NCBI GenBank assembly: GCA_963728565.1
Contig: CAVSLC010000020.1
Coordinates: 32,001 to 96,000 of the forward strand
Source: an uncultured delta proteobacterium
GTDB lineage: Bacteria; Desulfobacterota; Binatia; UBA9968
Direction: 5' to 3'
Length of the DNA stretch: 64,000 bases
Shown here: positions 61,675 through 64,000 of the stretch, one piece after another
Position numbering within the stretch: position 1 is the stretch's first letter
How the letters are laid out: every line of letters begins with the position of its first letter
Made by a program: the position numbers and the translations under genes
Notes under the pieces: generated by a model
Told to the model about the DNA's origin: nothing
Database searches by the model: none
What the model saw: only the letters and a program-made list of their open reading frames with translations

Positions 61675-62637
61675 TCACCTATAGGCTAGTGGCTGTGGTA
61701 TTTCCCAATAGTACAACGTGTGCACGTCGCCCGCTCCATCACGATAGGCCTCGGTAATCTTCGGCGGCCAATCGCCCATGTTGAAAGTGTACGAAACGAT
61801 GCGCGCGCCGGGCTGGAGTTGGCGCAGCAAGACCGGCTTGAGCGCTTCATTGCCCTCATGAGAGAGATACAAGGTCACTACGCTGGCTGACGACAAGTCG
61901 GCCGTCATGAAATCCTGATGGCGGACCTGCACCAGCTGTTGCAGATTTTCTTGCTTGATATTTTCACGAGCCAGTTTTACCAATCCCGGATCGACCTCAA
62001 AACCTACTGCTTTGATTCGATATTTTTTTGCGGCGGCGGTCAGCACCCGGCCATCGCCGGAGCCAAGATCATACAAGTGATCGCCAGCTTTGATTCCGGC
62101 GAGCGCTAGCATCCGGTCGACGACTTCGTACGGCGTAGGATCGAAAGGCGCCAGTTGTTCGGGAAGCGTTCTTACAGAAGGTCGCTCCAACAGCGGGGCC
62201 GGAGCGAAATTCTCTCCCGGAAGGCTGGGTACAACCGAGGTAGTCCCTGAATCAGATGAGCTCGGAACCTCGATGATTGACGTTCCGGGGTAGTAGGAGG
62301 AGTATGCGGATGAACCAAACCATGGAACATGCGGATAGCGGTGATAGTAGATAAACGGCGGGTAAAATCGTTTGGCAACTACTCGTGCTGGGAAGGTAAA
62401 CTGGATAGACGGTGGACGCCCAAAGTGTGCGCCACGGACACGGGCACGCGGAATAAAAGTTCGATTTCCCGTGAGCGAACCATCGAGCCGGCCCAATCTC
62501 GGCCTTACGGCGGCGGGTCCGGACTTCCCAAAACCGCTGAAGCCGCCGCCAGCCCCACCATTGCCGCGGATCCCTTGGCTCCAAGCCTGATCCGGCGTCA
62601 ATAAGAATACGGCGAGAAAAAACGCCAAAACGTGCAT
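61675..62637 (-). CDS. Class I SAM-dependent methyltransferase with signal peptide and low-complexity N-terminus
   Basis: PFDPTP, YDLGSGDGR, GFEVDP, VVTLYL, PGARIVS. Confidence 0.85.
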   Translation of the reverse strand: MHVLAFFLAVFLLTPDQAWSQGIRGNGGAGGGFSGFGKSGPAAVRPRLGRLDGSLTGNRTFIPRARVRGAHFGRPPSIQFTFPARVVAKRFYPPFIYYHRYPHVPWFGSSAYSSYYPGTSIIEVPSSSDSGTTSVVPSLPGENFAPAPLLERPSVRTLPEQLAPFDPTPYEVVDRMLALAGIKAGDHLYDLGSGDGRVLTAAAKKYRIKAVGFEVDPGLVKLARENIKQENLQQLVQVRHQDFMTADLSSASVVTLYLSHEGNEALKPVLLRQLQPGARIVSYTFNMGDWPPKITEAYRDGAGDVHTLYYWEIPQPLAYR

Positions 62638-62754
62638 CGTGCGGGAATCTTAGGAACACTCATCAGCGCAAGTCAACTGGCTCGATACACCGGCGATTGG
62701 CCGCTAAACACAATGTCGAAATCAGCCCTTACTTAGCATGGAGGCGGTGCATCC

Positions 62755-63630
62755 CTAGTTCGTTCGACTAACGAGTATCGCATCGTCTGAACGAACATAG
62801 CCTGGCGGTCTCCCTTGCTTGGAACGAACTTCGAGCCAGTTTCCGACCGCGCGCACCACCGTGATCTTGGTGCCCTTGTTGATGTCCGTAACGCTGCGGG
62901 CGGTGGTCGAGGGCTCTTCACGCACGCTGGTAGCGCGGATGACCTCATAAAGCCCCGGCTCAGCAGAACGGCGGGCCGGTGGCGTTTGCGAAGCCGGCGT
63001 TTTGACCGAACGCGCCGATGAGGCCGGCGCTATCGACGGACGCTTCGCCGCAACCCGCGCCGCTTCCTGCGTCGCGGCGGCTAATCGCTGTTGCGCAGAC
63101 AAGAGTTCCTTTTGGTTTTCCTCCAGCTTTGCCGTAAGCGATGTCAGCTGGCTTTTGCTTTTATCTAGTTCTTGGCGGAGCTGTTTCAGTTCTCCTTCAA
63201 GTGTCCTGACTTTTTCCTCGCGTTCTTGCACCTGCTTGGAGTTGGCCTCTTCCAGCTGGCGAGCATCATTCCTTTGCCTATACCCGGCAATTAAAAAGAG
63301 ACCTAAACCAAGAACGGCTATCAAACTCGCCGCCAGCGTCGCCATCGCAGGTTTTCTCCAGGCCCGGCGGGCAGCCTGGCCACGGCTATGAGCGGGTTGG
63401 TCAGCCATTTCATCGCGCCCGGGCCATTGAGGTCTCTCCTCGGCGGTCCCGAACTCCGCCTTGCAATAAGGACACTTCGCAGCATTTTCCTCGATGCTGT
63501 TTGCGCAGTGCGGGCAAAGCCGGGCCCGGTTCGTATTAGCCGTCACCAGCGCTCTACCGTCCTTGGTACAGAAACCGATCTGGTCATCATACTCAACGGA
63601 ACAATTAGGACAACGTTTCATGCCAGACAT
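62755..63630 (-). CDS. Double zinc-ribbon / TM / coiled-coil / SH3b protein
   Basis: CPNC..FCTKDG, CPHC..CPYC, TM helix, heptads, VREEP...WLEV...GYV. Confidence 0.8.
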   Translation of the reverse strand: MSGMKRCPNCSVEYDDQIGFCTKDGRALVTANTNRARLCPHCANSIEENAAKCPYCKAEFGTAEERPQWPGRDEMADQPAHSRGQAARRAWRKPAMATLAASLIAVLGLGLFLIAGYRQRNDARQLEEANSKQVQEREEKVRTLEGELKQLRQELDKSKSQLTSLTAKLEENQKELLSAQQRLAAATQEAARVAAKRPSIAPASSARSVKTPASQTPPARRSAEPGLYEVIRATSVREEPSTTARSVTDINKGTKITVVRAVGNWLEVRSKQGRPPGYVRSDDAILVSRTN

Positions 63631-63794
63631 TGTTAGATGATTAATCTCGCGGGTCAAGGGAAAGCATGCGGGCGAACGCTTGCCACCAGTCTCACGCATT
63701 AGAGGTTCTTACTCTGTACCGTCGTAAGAAATAGCCGTTGTTTGTTGCCGGGATTCCACCCTTGCGCTATAGAACGTTGGACAAACTCTGGGTA

Positions 63795-63915
63795 CAGGCT
63801 GCTCAAGGGCCTGAGGAACAAGGCGCGTGCAGTTCGACGAGTTGAGACGTACGCTTCAGCGGGTTAAAGCCCGCCGGCCAAGCGCAACGAGGAACATGAG
63901 GCTTTCAGCAGCCTA
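63795..63915 (+). repeat. Palindromic dispersed element, copy 4 (diverged)
   Basis: CAGGCTGCTCAA...CAAGGCGCG...TTCGACGAG..GAGACGTAC...AGCGCAACGA...ATGAGGCTTTCAGCAGCCT. Confidence 0.75.
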
Positions 63916-63944
63916 ATAGAACGCATGGAGGACGATAACGAACA

Positions 63945-64000
63945 TGGCTTTACTTATCGGTGAACCACAAAGCAAAAAGCTCATCAACATGGCACGGGCG
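63945..64000 (+). CDS. Start of a CDS running off the window (possibly another cyclodeaminase-like protein)
   Basis: RBS ggagga; MALLIGEPQSKKLINMARA; too short to assign. Confidence 0.45.

Noticed and set aside
37777-63915. Repeat family as a CRISPR array or integron attC sites
   Set aside because: Copies are dispersed with no spacers, cas genes or integrase, and lack RYYYAAC/GTTRRRY ends.

Overview
Bacterial chromosomal DNA of roughly 55% GC (estimated by eye). The gene repertoire suggests a soil Deltaproteobacteria-like organism, most plausibly Candidatus Binatia/Binatota (inference): orphan TctC/Bug proteins, several ornithine-cyclodeaminase paralogs, Cys-rich porins and an rnj-ftsK-lolA-rimO-dksA run. 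I found no rRNA, tRNA, CRISPR array, prophage or transposase. About ten genes carry single-base frameshifts, including ftsK, which points to long-read indel errors. Housekeeping genes (mazG, ssb, plsC, rnj, ftsK, lolA, rimO, dksA, hisF, trxB, moaC, rlmI, radC, rlpA) are mixed with many catabolic enzymes. Four observations stand out. (1) A candidate envelope regulon: two duplicated cassettes (lipoprotein plus soluble paralog, all four ending in KGGD) flank a NarL/HisKA_3 two-component system, and two paralogous Cys-rich porins have promoters with the same ACTTTAGnCTTGACA-N17-TAAAAG architecture and LiaR/VraR-like boxes. (2) A dispersed ~125-bp palindromic element in four copies with compensatory base changes and conserved mismatches. 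(3) A GcvT-like gene divergent from two tandem FAD oxidoreductases. (4) A sigma54 module built from degenerate receiver domains.
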